This document shows positions 50,575 to 59,066 of a stretch of DNA of 64,000 bases, one piece after another. The notes beneath the pieces were generated by a model. It was not told where the DNA came from and searched no databases. It saw only the letters and a program-made list of their open reading frames with translations. The position numbers and the translations under genes are program-made. Within the stretch, counting starts at the first letter, position 1, and the number at the start of each line of letters is the position of its first letter. This stretch comes from an uncultured Gammaproteobacteria bacterium (lineage in GTDB: Bacteria; Pseudomonadota; Gammaproteobacteria; Steroidobacterales; Woeseiaceae): the NCBI GenBank assembly GCA_963701335.1, contig CAVOZR010000001.1, positions 1,259,620 to 1,323,619 of the forward strand. Reading direction: 5' to 3'.

Positions 50575-51561
50575 TTACTCAACCGTCCAGCTGCTCGGGC
50601 CCCTGATGACGTCTTCGACACGTCTTGTTCGCCGCATGGCGGTTGGATGATGCGTGTAAAACGCGTCTTCGAAGCTGGCAGCCGATCGCTTGAAGATGAC
50701 GCCGAGCGCGACCGGCATGTGCAGATCGATAAGCAATCGAGCGACAACAGCGTTGCCTTCGTCGTGAATCAACACCTCGGACGCGGACTTCGCCGCATCG
50801 ACGACTTCCAGCGACCAGGTTTCGGGATTGAAGCGGATACCCTTGCTATTGTCGTCGCCGAATAACATCGGTTCGCCGTGCCGGAGATGCAGCTGCGTGT
50901 TCGCAGCGTTCTTGCGGTCCGTGAACCCGGCGAACACGTCCTCGTTGTAGACGATGCAGTTCTGAAAAATCTCCACGAGTGACGCGCCGTCGAATGCGTA
51001 CGCGTCCCGCAGGACATGACTCATTCCGACCTTGTCGGTATCGATACCGCGTGCGAAGAACTTCGCACCGGCGCCGAGTGCGAACTGGCCGGGCGACACG
51101 GGCGTGTCAACCGAGCCGCCCGGACTGGATGGCGAGGTCGTGCCGACGCGCGAGGTCGGTGAGTACTGCCCTTTGGTGAGTCCATATATCTCGTTGTTAA
51201 ATAACAGTATTTTGAGTCCGACGTTGCGACGCAGCGCGTGCAGCATATGGTTCCCGCCGATGGACAGGCTGTCGCCATCACCGGTAACGACCCACACGTC
51301 GAGCTCGGGATTCGCAAGCTTCAAGCCGGTCGCTATCGCCGGCGCGCGTCCGTGAATGGTATGAAATCCGTAGCTCTCGATGTAGTAGGGAAAGCGCGAT
51401 GCGCAGCCGATGCCTGAGATGAACGCGGTCCTGTCCGGATCGGCTCCGACATCGGCGAGCGCCTTCGTCACGGACTTCAGGATCGCATAGTCACCGCAAC
51501 CCGGACACCAGCGGACTTCCTGCGACGCTTCGAAATCCTTCGCTGTCAGCTTTTCGGTCAT
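50575..51561 (-). CDS. korB: 2-oxoacid:ferredoxin oxidoreductase beta (TPP-binding) subunit
   Basis: WCPGCGDYAIL and GDGDSLSIGGNH TPP motifs are present. The start overlaps the alpha subunit's stop by 4 nt. Confidence 0.9.
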   Translation of the reverse strand: MTEKLTAKDFEASQEVRWCPGCGDYAILKSVTKALADVGADPDRTAFISGIGCASRFPYYIESYGFHTIHGRAPAIATGLKLANPELDVWVVTGDGDSLSIGGNHMLHALRRNVGLKILLFNNEIYGLTKGQYSPTSRVGTTSPSSPGGSVDTPVSPGQFALGAGAKFFARGIDTDKVGMSHVLRDAYAFDGASLVEIFQNCIVYNEDVFAGFTDRKNAANTQLHLRHGEPMLFGDDNSKGIRFNPETWSLEVVDAAKSASEVLIHDEGNAVVARLLIDLHMPVALGVIFKRSAASFEDAFYTHHPTAMRRTRRVEDVIRGPSSWTVE

Positions 51562-53420
51562 GACACGTCACCTCGGATCGATGCGATTTTCTCCACGAGC
51601 TCACTGATCAGGAACGGCTGCCCCGTAACCTTGGGAAACGAAATCGGCCGCAACCCCAGCTTGTCGCGCAACAGGGAGGCGAGCTGACCCGTGTTCATCT
51701 CCGGAACGAGGATCTTGTCGAAGCGCGCCAGCAGCGCCGCCAGGTTTTTCGGTAGCGGGTTCAGGTAGCGAAGGTGAACGAAGCTCGCGTCGGTTGCCCG
51801 CGTCGCCTGGTAAATGGGTCCGTACGTCGAACCCCAGCCGACGACAACGAGCTCGCCCTCGTCCGGCCCGACCTCGATTTGCTGCCCGGGAATGAAGTCG
51901 GCGACCGAAGCTACTTTCGCCTGGCGCAGATCGGTCATCGCCTGGTGGTTTGCCGGGTCATAGGAGATATGCCCGGTGTCCCTGTCTTTCTCCAGGCCGC
52001 CGATCCGGTGCAGGAGATCGGGCATGCCGGGCGAGATCCACGGCCGGCCGAGGCTTTTCGGATTGCGCCTGAAAGCCTTGCGCTGTGCATCGTCATCGCC
52101 GCTGGGGACCGCATTCGTCGATATAGGTTCTATGGCCGACATGTCCGGGATGCGCCAGGGCTCCGCGGCGTTGGACAGATAGCCGTCGGCCAGCAGGATG
52201 ACGGGCGTCATGTGCCGCAATGCAATGCGCACGGCTTCGATCGCCATGTCGAAACATTCGCCTGCCGTGGAGGCGGAGACTACCGGCAACGGCGTATCCG
52301 CGTTACGCCCGTAGACGGCCTGGTACAAGTCGGATTGCTCGGTCTTCGTCGGCAGGCCGGTCGAAGGGCCGCCGCGCTGCCAGTTGACGATAAGGAGCGG
52401 CAGCTCGGCGCTTACCGCCAGGCCCATCGCCTCGGTTTTCAGGGCGATGCCGGGCCCTGAGCTCGACGTGACGCCGATCATGCCGCCATACGATGCGCCG
52501 ATGGCGGCACAGATCGCCGCGATTTCGTCCTCGGCCTGGAAGGTGCCGACACCGAGTTCGGCGAGATGCGTCAGCCGATGCAGCAACGGCGAGGCCGGCG
52601 TGATCGGGTAGGAACAAAACATCACCGCGCGATCGGCAAGTTCGCCGGCCGCGGCGATACCGAGCGCAAGCGACTCGGCGCCCGTAATACTGCGATATTC
52701 GCCGGGCTCGAGCTTTGCCCGTGTAATCTCGATTCTCGACAGATGCGCGCTTAGCTCCGCTGTCTCGCCGTAGGCGTGTCCTGCATGCAGCGCTTCGATG
52801 TTCGCGTCCCGAAGCGTCGCATTGTTGGCTAGGCGGCGCTTGACCCAGTCTTCCACGACGATCAGTTCACGGCCGAACATCCACATCAATACGCCCAGCG
52901 CCCAGAAGTTCTTGCAGCGGCCGCTTTCGCTCTTGCTCAGCCCGAATTCCCTGACAGCCTCCAGATTCAGGCGGCTGATGTCAGCCTCGACGAGCTGGAA
53001 GTCCCGCAGCTCACCCGTCTCGCGCGGGTCGATTTCGTAACCTGCCTTGGTGAGGTTGCGTGTCGTGAACGCGTCATTGTTGACGATCACCAGCGCACCG
53101 CGTCGAAGCAGAGGCAGGCTGACCTTCAGTGCGGCCGGATTGAACGCAACCAGGACATCAGGCGCATCGCCCGGCGTCGTGATGGACTCGCTGCCCAGGT
53201 TGATCTGGTAAGCCGATACGCCGAAGGTCGTGCCGACCGGCGCCCGGATTTCCGCCGGGTAGTCGGGAAAGGTCGCGAAGTCGGCGCCCGACAGTGCGGT
53301 TGATACGGCGAACTGCGATCCCATGAGCTGGATGCCGTCGCCGGAATCTCCGGCAAGACGCACGACGATCGAATCTAAGCTCTTGCTTTTATTCACAAAA
53401 ACGGGCTTCCGGAGTAACAA
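51558..53420 (-). CDS. korA: 2-oxoacid:ferredoxin oxidoreductase alpha subunit
   Basis: It has fused gamma/alpha domains ([14 protein letters not shown]...; YPITPAS). Confidence 0.9.
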   Translation of the reverse strand: MLLRKPVFVNKSKSLDSIVVRLAGDSGDGIQLMGSQFAVSTALSGADFATFPDYPAEIRAPVGTTFGVSAYQINLGSESITTPGDAPDVLVAFNPAALKVSLPLLRRGALVIVNNDAFTTRNLTKAGYEIDPRETGELRDFQLVEADISRLNLEAVREFGLSKSESGRCKNFWALGVLMWMFGRELIVVEDWVKRRLANNATLRDANIEALHAGHAYGETAELSAHLSRIEITRAKLEPGEYRSITGAESLALGIAAAGELADRAVMFCSYPITPASPLLHRLTHLAELGVGTFQAEDEIAAICAAIGASYGGMIGVTSSSGPGIALKTEAMGLAVSAELPLLIVNWQRGGPSTGLPTKTEQSDLYQAVYGRNADTPLPVVSASTAGECFDMAIEAVRIALRHMTPVILLADGYLSNAAEPWRIPDMSAIEPISTNAVPSGDDDAQRKAFRRNPKSLGRPWISPGMPDLLHRIGGLEKDRDTGHISYDPANHQAMTDLRQAKVASVADFIPGQQIEVGPDEGELVVVGWGSTYGPIYQATRATDASFVHLRYLNPLPKNLAALLARFDKILVPEMNTGQLASLLRDKLGLRPISFPKVTGQPFLISELVEKIASIRGDVS

Positions 53421-53552
53421 TTGGAGTCAGCGGGAAGGTACGCTGCTGAGTCTAGCGCAACTTGCGTGAGTGCCGTTATCCGGGGCATTACCGGCTTGAT
53501 TAGCAGCGTAACATCGCATAGCGTACCGGGTCCGGAACCTGAGGTAGCCAGC

Positions 53553-53876
53553 ATGACATTCGTGGTCACAGAAGCCTGTATCAAGTGCAAACTCACCGAT
53601 TGCGTTGAGGTTTGTCCCGTGGACTGCTTCCATGAAGGCCCGAACTTCCTCGTCATCGACCCGGACGAATGCATCGACTGCACCTTGTGTGAGCCGGAGT
53701 GTCCGGTCGAGGCGATCTATTCCGAGGACGAGCTGCCGGCAGGCCAGGAACATTTCATGGAACTCAATGCCGAGCTCTCACGGGACTGGCCAGTCATCAC
53801 CGAGATGAAAGACCCGCCGGAAGACGCGGACGAGTGGCGCGAGGTGAAGGACAAGCTTCAATACCTGGAGCGATAG
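53553..53876 (+). CDS. fdxA: 7Fe ferredoxin (FdxA type)
   Basis: [26 protein letters not shown]...[12 protein letters not shown]. Confidence 0.92.
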   Translation: MTFVVTEACIKCKLTDCVEVCPVDCFHEGPNFLVIDPDECIDCTLCEPECPVEAIYSEDELPAGQEHFMELNAELSRDWPVITEMKDPPEDADEWREVKDKLQYLER

Positions 53877-53892
53877 GGCTCGGCGGGAAGAA

Positions 53893-54117
53893 GCGGCCTG
53901 TCGGCCGCCGCTGTCGCTTCGCGCGCCGGGGCGCGCTCCTACATATCACGAATGAGGCGCGACACCGACGATGCGGCCTGTCGGCCGCTGCTGACGCTTC
54001 GCGCGCCGGGGCGCGCTCCTACGTTTCACGAATGAAGCGCGACACCGAAGATGCGGCCTGGTCGGCCGCCGCTGACACTTCGCGGCTGCGAGCCGCTCCT
54101 ACGTCTCGCGAATGAAG
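53893..54117. repeat. Tandem repeat, 80-bp period, about 2.8 copies, each with GC-rich palindromes; the last copy runs into the 3' end of the dehalogenase gene
   Basis: Copies start at 53893, 53973 and 54053. Copies 1 and 2 differ at about 7 of 80 positions. Each contains GCGGCC-tgtc-GGCCGC and GCGCGCC-gg-GGCGCGC hairpins. Confidence 0.9.
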
Positions 54118-54989
54118 TTCGTCAGCACCTCGGCCAGTTCCGGGCCCTTGTCCTCCTGCAGGAAGTGGCCTGCGTTCTTTATCTTCACGTGTTCGCGATT
54201 CTTCGCACCGGGCACACGTTGCTGCCACGGTATTTCGCCGCCACGGGTAATCGGATCCCTGTTGCTGAACGTCGTCAGGAACGGTTTCGTCCACGCCGCG
54301 AAGATTTCCCATGCAGCACGGTTGGCATCGCTGGCCGGATCGTCCGGCGTAACAGGCACCAGCGACGGGAACGCGCGGGCAGCTGCCTTGTAGCGTGCTG
54401 ACGGGAAGGGCGCGTCATAGGCCGCTACCACATCATCCGTAAGCTCCGTCACGGTACCCTTCTGGATGATCTTGCCAACTGGAAACCACGGGCTGTAGCG
54501 AGCAAAAGCCCGCCAGATTGTGAACGCCTTCGGCATCGGCTGATCTCCAGTCGGCAGCCCGCCGTTGCCCAGGGCGATGCGAGCGAATCGTTGCTCATTT
54601 TCGGCCGCGACTCGCAGGCCGATGAGCGAGCCCCAGTCCTGGCAAAACAGGGTGATGCCACGGAGGTCGAGCGTCTCGACAAACTGCCGCATCCACTCGA
54701 CGTGTCTCGAATAACTGTAATCGGACTTCCCGGGCAGCTTGTCCGACTTGCCGAAACCGATCAGGTCCGGCGCTATGACACGAAAGCCAGCGTCGCAGAG
54801 CGGCGGGATCATGTGCCGGTAAAGGTAAGACCAGCTGGGCTCGCCGTGGAGTAATAGCACGGGTGCTGCGTCGCGCGGTCCTTCGTCAACGTAGTGCATG
54901 CGAAGACTGTCGACATCGACATAGTTCTCCGCAAAGTCGTAATCGGGCAGATTCCTGAATCGCGCCTCCGGCGTTCGCAGTGCTTTCAT
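54099..54989 (-). CDS. Haloalkane dehalogenase-like alpha/beta hydrolase (HLD-I type)
   Basis: MHYVDEGP...LLLHGEPSWSYLYRHMIP, the nucleophile elbow FCQDWGSLIG, and a C-terminal AGHFLQED. Confidence 0.8.
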   Translation of the reverse strand: MKALRTPEARFRNLPDYDFAENYVDVDSLRMHYVDEGPRDAAPVLLLHGEPSWSYLYRHMIPPLCDAGFRVIAPDLIGFGKSDKLPGKSDYSYSRHVEWMRQFVETLDLRGITLFCQDWGSLIGLRVAAENEQRFARIALGNGGLPTGDQPMPKAFTIWRAFARYSPWFPVGKIIQKGTVTELTDDVVAAYDAPFPSARYKAAARAFPSLVPVTPDDPASDANRAAWEIFAAWTKPFLTTFSNRDPITRGGEIPWQQRVPGAKNREHVKIKNAGHFLQEDKGPELAEVLTNFIRET

Positions 54990-55052
54990 TGCTGTACTCC
55001 CGCGCCTGAATTCCGCCTATGATAGCGGCTTGACGAAAGCGGAGACTGAAGT

Positions 55053-55979
55053 TTGAAGACCAGCTGGCGAGCGAGAATGATCCGGGGGCTGTCGGCCCGG
55101 TACGTGAAAAAAATCGAACCCTCGGCAGTCGATGTACTCGAGTTGCGCCGGCGGCTGGACAGAATAAGCCGTTTCCTGAAGCGCGCGTTCGGCGTTGCCG
55201 TCGAGCCCACCACGGTCAACGGATTGCACGCGGAATGGCTGCGGCCAAAAGGCGCGCCCGGCGACAAGGCGCTGCTCTATCTTCACGGCGGCGCCTACGT
55301 GGTCGGCAGCTGCGGTACGCATCGACAAATGGTCAGTCACATTGCGCGGGCAGCCGGCATCAATGCGCTGCTGCCGGAATACCGGCTTGCACCCGAACAC
55401 CCCTTTCCGGCGGCGATTGAAGATGCCGTCGGCGTGTACCGTTTCTTGCTGGCAAACGGATTCGATTCGCAGGATATCTTCATCGCCGGAGACTCGGCCG
55501 GGGGTGGGCTGACGGTGGCTACGCTGTTGTCCTTGCGCCATGCGGGCTTGCCCATGCCGGCCGCTGCCGTATTGCTATCGCCCTTCCTCGATATCACGGC
55601 GAGCGGGGAATCGGCAACGACACGCGCCGGGCAGGACCCCTGGTTCGACGCAAAGGATGTTTCGGTGGTCGCCGACAAGTATTGTGGCGCAGGTGCCGAC
55701 CTGGAGAACCCGTTGATATCCCCGGTATTCGCGAATGTCGCGGGCCTGCCGCCGACCCTGATACAGGTCGGCAATGACGAGATTCTGCTCAGCGACTCGA
55801 CGCGCTTCGCCGACAAGATGAAAGCCGCAGGCCTCGACATCGAGATCGAGATTTGGCCGGAGATGTGGCACGTGTTTCAGTTGTTCGTCGGCAAGATGCC
55901 GGAAAGTCGCCGCGCTATCGACCGTATCGGGGTCTACCTGAAGGCACGCATGCGGCGCGGCGAGGCTTCAGAAACCTGA
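55053..55979 (+). CDS. Family IV (hormone-sensitive-lipase-like) esterase/lipase
   Basis: The oxyanion motif is LHGGAY (HGG[G/A]), and the nucleophile motif is GDSAGGG. Confidence 0.85.
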   Translation: MKTSWRARMIRGLSARYVKKIEPSAVDVLELRRRLDRISRFLKRAFGVAVEPTTVNGLHAEWLRPKGAPGDKALLYLHGGAYVVGSCGTHRQMVSHIARAAGINALLPEYRLAPEHPFPAAIEDAVGVYRFLLANGFDSQDIFIAGDSAGGGLTVATLLSLRHAGLPMPAAAVLLSPFLDITASGESATTRAGQDPWFDAKDVSVVADKYCGAGADLENPLISPVFANVAGLPPTLIQVGNDEILLSDSTRFADKMKAAGLDIEIEIWPEMWHVFQLFVGKMPESRRAIDRIGVYLKARMRRGEASET

Positions 55980-57335
55980 CTGTTTCTGCGAGTCATCGTA
56001 CATCTTTGTGAGGAACGAACGGATCGCCGGTTCGGCTTCGTCCTTGCTCATCAGTTTCTGCTTTTCGAGAACGGATGCCATATCCCTGATCGATCGCTTG
56101 CCGTCAATCAGGGACATCATGAATGAGTAAACCTGCGTCGTCATCGCCTGGGTGCGGAAGGACGACGACAACGGCACCGGTTCCTTGCCCGTCACCAGCC
56201 AGTCCGGCAAAGCTTTGTGGCGTTCCGGTTTACTGACCTCACGTTCCTTGTAAGCCGAGAATGAAAACACCTTTTCCTGGCGCCCATGCCGGCTTGCGGG
56301 GGAACACATGTAAGGGATGGTCCTCTGCGAAACGTATGGGTCCGAGAAACCGCACTCGGCGACGATCGCCTTGGTTTCCTCGGGACTGTAGCGGCGCGAT
56401 CGCAGCGGGCTCGAGAACGCCAGCGAGCCGAAATTGACCCAGCGCCCATTGTCCACGAGGAGTCTGTTGATGCGCGCGGCGAACAAGGGCAGGTCCTCGC
56501 TGATGATATCGATCAGCCATGGCGTGACGACGGTATCGAAACTGCTGTCTGAAAACGGCGCGCGCAATGCATCGCCAAGAACCAGTTGAAAGCGCGCATC
56601 CACAGCCTCGGGTGCGATCAGCGGCCGCAGAATGGCATCGTCCTCGAGCGATTTCGGCGCGATGGGAAACTCGTACAACTTGAGCTTGTCTCCGCGCGTA
56701 ACGGCCTGGGCCACGAGCATCAGCAGTGGATTGAAGTCCATCGCGACAGTGGTCGTGCAATTCAGGCTGCGATGAATGTCGTAAGCAAGGCGGCCGGCCC
56801 CGGCCCCCAGCACCAATACCCTGCCAAGCTCCGCATGATCGTGGAGCACCGAGCGGATCTGTCTGAGCGAAGCACTGTTCTCTTCGTCGCCCCAGGACCA
56901 GTCGCGATGAATATTCGCGTAGTAGGTGTTGAGCCCCTGGTCGACCGGCAGTCGCGTGCGCAGCGCCAGGTAAGTCTCGTAGCTGCCGTAGTTTGCCTGC
57001 ATGTCGATGGGTTTGAGCAACTTGCCAAGTCTGCGACGATGATCCTCGAGCGCCTTCTTGTAGCGCTCGACCCGTCGCCGCGTCAGCGAGTGCAGGTCCT
57101 CTGATTTTAGCTCCCGTTCGAGTCCGGCGATCTCGTGACCGGTCTGCTGCAGCGCGAATGCCAGGCGGCCTCGCCATTCGCCCAGCGCCGCCTGCGGTTC
57201 CGCAAACATCCACGGAATACCGTTTATCGAGGGGAACGGCACATTACAGGCTTTGCAATGAAACGTGCCACCGTCCTCCTCGAGTGGCGACTTGTCACAG
57301 CGCGGACAAGCGAGAAGGGCGGCGAGCTCGGTCAT
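55968..57335 (-). CDS. N2227-like class I SAM-dependent methyltransferase with N-terminal Trm112-type zinc ribbon and C-terminal PqqD-like domain
   Basis: CPRCDKSPL...FHCKACN at the N-terminus, VLVLGAGAGRLAYDI...FDTVVTPWLIDI...GRWVNFGSL in the core, and a C-terminal LIDGKRSIRDMASVLEK...AEPAIRSFLTKM. Confidence 0.65.
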   Translation of the reverse strand: MTELAALLACPRCDKSPLEEDGGTFHCKACNVPFPSINGIPWMFAEPQAALGEWRGRLAFALQQTGHEIAGLERELKSEDLHSLTRRRVERYKKALEDHRRRLGKLLKPIDMQANYGSYETYLALRTRLPVDQGLNTYYANIHRDWSWGDEENSASLRQIRSVLHDHAELGRVLVLGAGAGRLAYDIHRSLNCTTTVAMDFNPLLMLVAQAVTRGDKLKLYEFPIAPKSLEDDAILRPLIAPEAVDARFQLVLGDALRAPFSDSSFDTVVTPWLIDIISEDLPLFAARINRLLVDNGRWVNFGSLAFSSPLRSRRYSPEETKAIVAECGFSDPYVSQRTIPYMCSPASRHGRQEKVFSFSAYKEREVSKPERHKALPDWLVTGKEPVPLSSSFRTQAMTTQVYSFMMSLIDGKRSIRDMASVLEKQKLMSKDEAEPAIRSFLTKMYDDSQKQSGF

Positions 57336-57351
57336 GGCGGGATTATGCACC

Positions 57352-57387
57352 AAAAAAACAGCCGGTCGAGGGGAAGCCGACCGGCTG
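57352..57387 (-). terminator. Strong rho-independent terminator after the three-gene exported-protein operon
   Basis: On the minus strand it reads CAGCCGGTCG-gcttcccct-CGACCGGCTG followed by T7, a 10-bp perfect stem. Confidence 0.8.
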
Positions 57388-57434
57388 TGTAGATGCCAGG
57401 TTGTCCAAGTCAGCCCGGCATTGCGGAAAATCGC

Positions 57435-59039
57435 CTAGACAGGGCTGGATATTATTCCGTTCACGATCGGTGTAAATGCCGTGAATGTGTCCAGACCGGA
57501 ACCGAGACCGTGCCAGCCCGGGCCATACAGCGAATCGAAGGCCGCCGTTTCGCCATGCAGCGCCATGTAATTCAATATCACGCTGTTGACGAGAAGATTG
57601 ACGTTGTTGGCCATCGGTGTTGCGGCACGCATCACGGACCCGCCAGCATCCATGGCGCCTATTTGCTGATGTCGCATCTGTTCGTCCAGCGTACCGCCCA
57701 TCAGCGTCGGGCGACGCGTCGGGTTATAAACCAGGAAGAACGCAGCGGCCGTCGACGAGTTATCACTCACCCATTCGCCTTTGCCGCGGCCCTCGACAGA
57801 GTTGTCAATCGCGCCGTTCGACGACAGTGAGCCGTCACTGAATACGTACATCATCAGCGGCTTGCCGAGGCGTGCCGCATACTCGAGGCAGGCGCCCATG
57901 CAACGTCCGGCGCGGAAATCCTTGACCTCGCCTTCGGCGCGCGCACCGCCATGGTAGTCGTAACCGCCCATTTCCACGGTGCCCGCGCCGGCGAAACCGT
58001 TCAGGACCAGCTTCATTACGGAGGCGGTCTTGCGGAATTCACTGCCATCGCGTCCGCCCGCGTTGAACTCGGCGGTGGTGAAGATGCCGGTACCGTCATC
58101 GGCAACGATGTTCGGGTCCTGCCCCGGGTCGATCGGTGTACCGCCGAATCGATCGGCGATGTCTGCTGCCTTCAGGTAGCCGCAACGAACGGCCTGCTTG
58201 ATGGCCGCGTCGGCTGCGACCTGCGTATTGATGTTGTTAACCTTGGCATCGCTGAGACGATAGATCGACTCCATCACCGCGGTTGCATCGTCCTTGCTCA
58301 GGATGCCGACGAGATCGCCGGTATCGACGAGATTGACGACGTCGCTGGGCCGATCAACCTTGGTCGGGCGAAGCTCGGGGTCGTAAAGCATGGCCGGCAG
58401 CATGGAGTTGCCGCCAGAGTCCGTATTCTCCGACCCGGTCAGCGTCAGTATGGAGCCCTTGGCACCAGCCTGGGCAATACCGTAGGTCGGATTGTGCGGG
58501 TTGTTGCCGGTGTCGTTGTCCGAGCGCGCCGGAATGACAGCGCCGTTGGTATTCGCGGCGGTAGTCGGGCTGATTACAGACATGATGCCGCGACGGAACG
58601 CGCTGTCCAGGTGGAAACCCAGTCCCAGGTCGAAATTCGCGTACGACTCGCCTGAAATGGGATCATTGAGGCTCGGGATCATATCGCCAGGCAGTCCCAT
58701 CTTCTCGTAGCCCTGGGTACTGACGAAGTCCTGCTGGCCGCCTTCCTTGCCGATCAGCACGTTCGACCCGGCGATGTTGGCACCGCCTGCCAGGTCAAAA
58801 CAGATGAACGGGATCTTGCCGGCACCATCGGTGATGTTGCAGGGTGTTGCGAGCATGCTGTCCAGGTCGCCCGACAATGCAAATGCCGGATTGGCGAGCA
58901 GGCCTGCGGCGCCACCTACGGTGTAGGCAGCACCCGTCATGAATCCCTGCGCTACGAACTGACGGCGCGTAACAGGACGCGGATGATCGCCATGAAGCTG
59001 CGGCGCATCCCAATGCCGCTTATTTCGTCGTTTACTCAT
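57435..59039 (-). CDS. Tat-signal exported protein, DUF1501/DUF1552-like (sulfatase/alkaline-phosphatase-superfamily-like)
   Basis: The twin-arginine leader is VTRRQFVAQGFMTGAA...AFA. FICFDLAGGAN and MGGYDYHG resemble the GGWDTH-type motif of DUF1501. Confidence 0.55.
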   Translation of the reverse strand: MSKRRNKRHWDAPQLHGDHPRPVTRRQFVAQGFMTGAAYTVGGAAGLLANPAFALSGDLDSMLATPCNITDGAGKIPFICFDLAGGANIAGSNVLIGKEGGQQDFVSTQGYEKMGLPGDMIPSLNDPISGESYANFDLGLGFHLDSAFRRGIMSVISPTTAANTNGAVIPARSDNDTGNNPHNPTYGIAQAGAKGSILTLTGSENTDSGGNSMLPAMLYDPELRPTKVDRPSDVVNLVDTGDLVGILSKDDATAVMESIYRLSDAKVNNINTQVAADAAIKQAVRCGYLKAADIADRFGGTPIDPGQDPNIVADDGTGIFTTAEFNAGGRDGSEFRKTASVMKLVLNGFAGAGTVEMGGYDYHGGARAEGEVKDFRAGRCMGACLEYAARLGKPLMMYVFSDGSLSSNGAIDNSVEGRGKGEWVSDNSSTAAAFFLVYNPTRRPTLMGGTLDEQMRHQQIGAMDAGGSVMRAATPMANNVNLLVNSVILNYMALHGETAAFDSLYGPGWHGLGSGLDTFTAFTPIVNGIISSPV

Positions 59040-59066
59040 CTCGATTATTCCTCATTAGTCCTGTTA

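Noticed and set aside
53893-54117. Possible CRISPR array (regularly spaced GC-rich palindromic repeats)
   Set aside because: The whole 80-bp unit repeats, so there are no unique spacers. There are only about 3 units and no cas genes, which makes it a tandem duplication rather than a CRISPR array.
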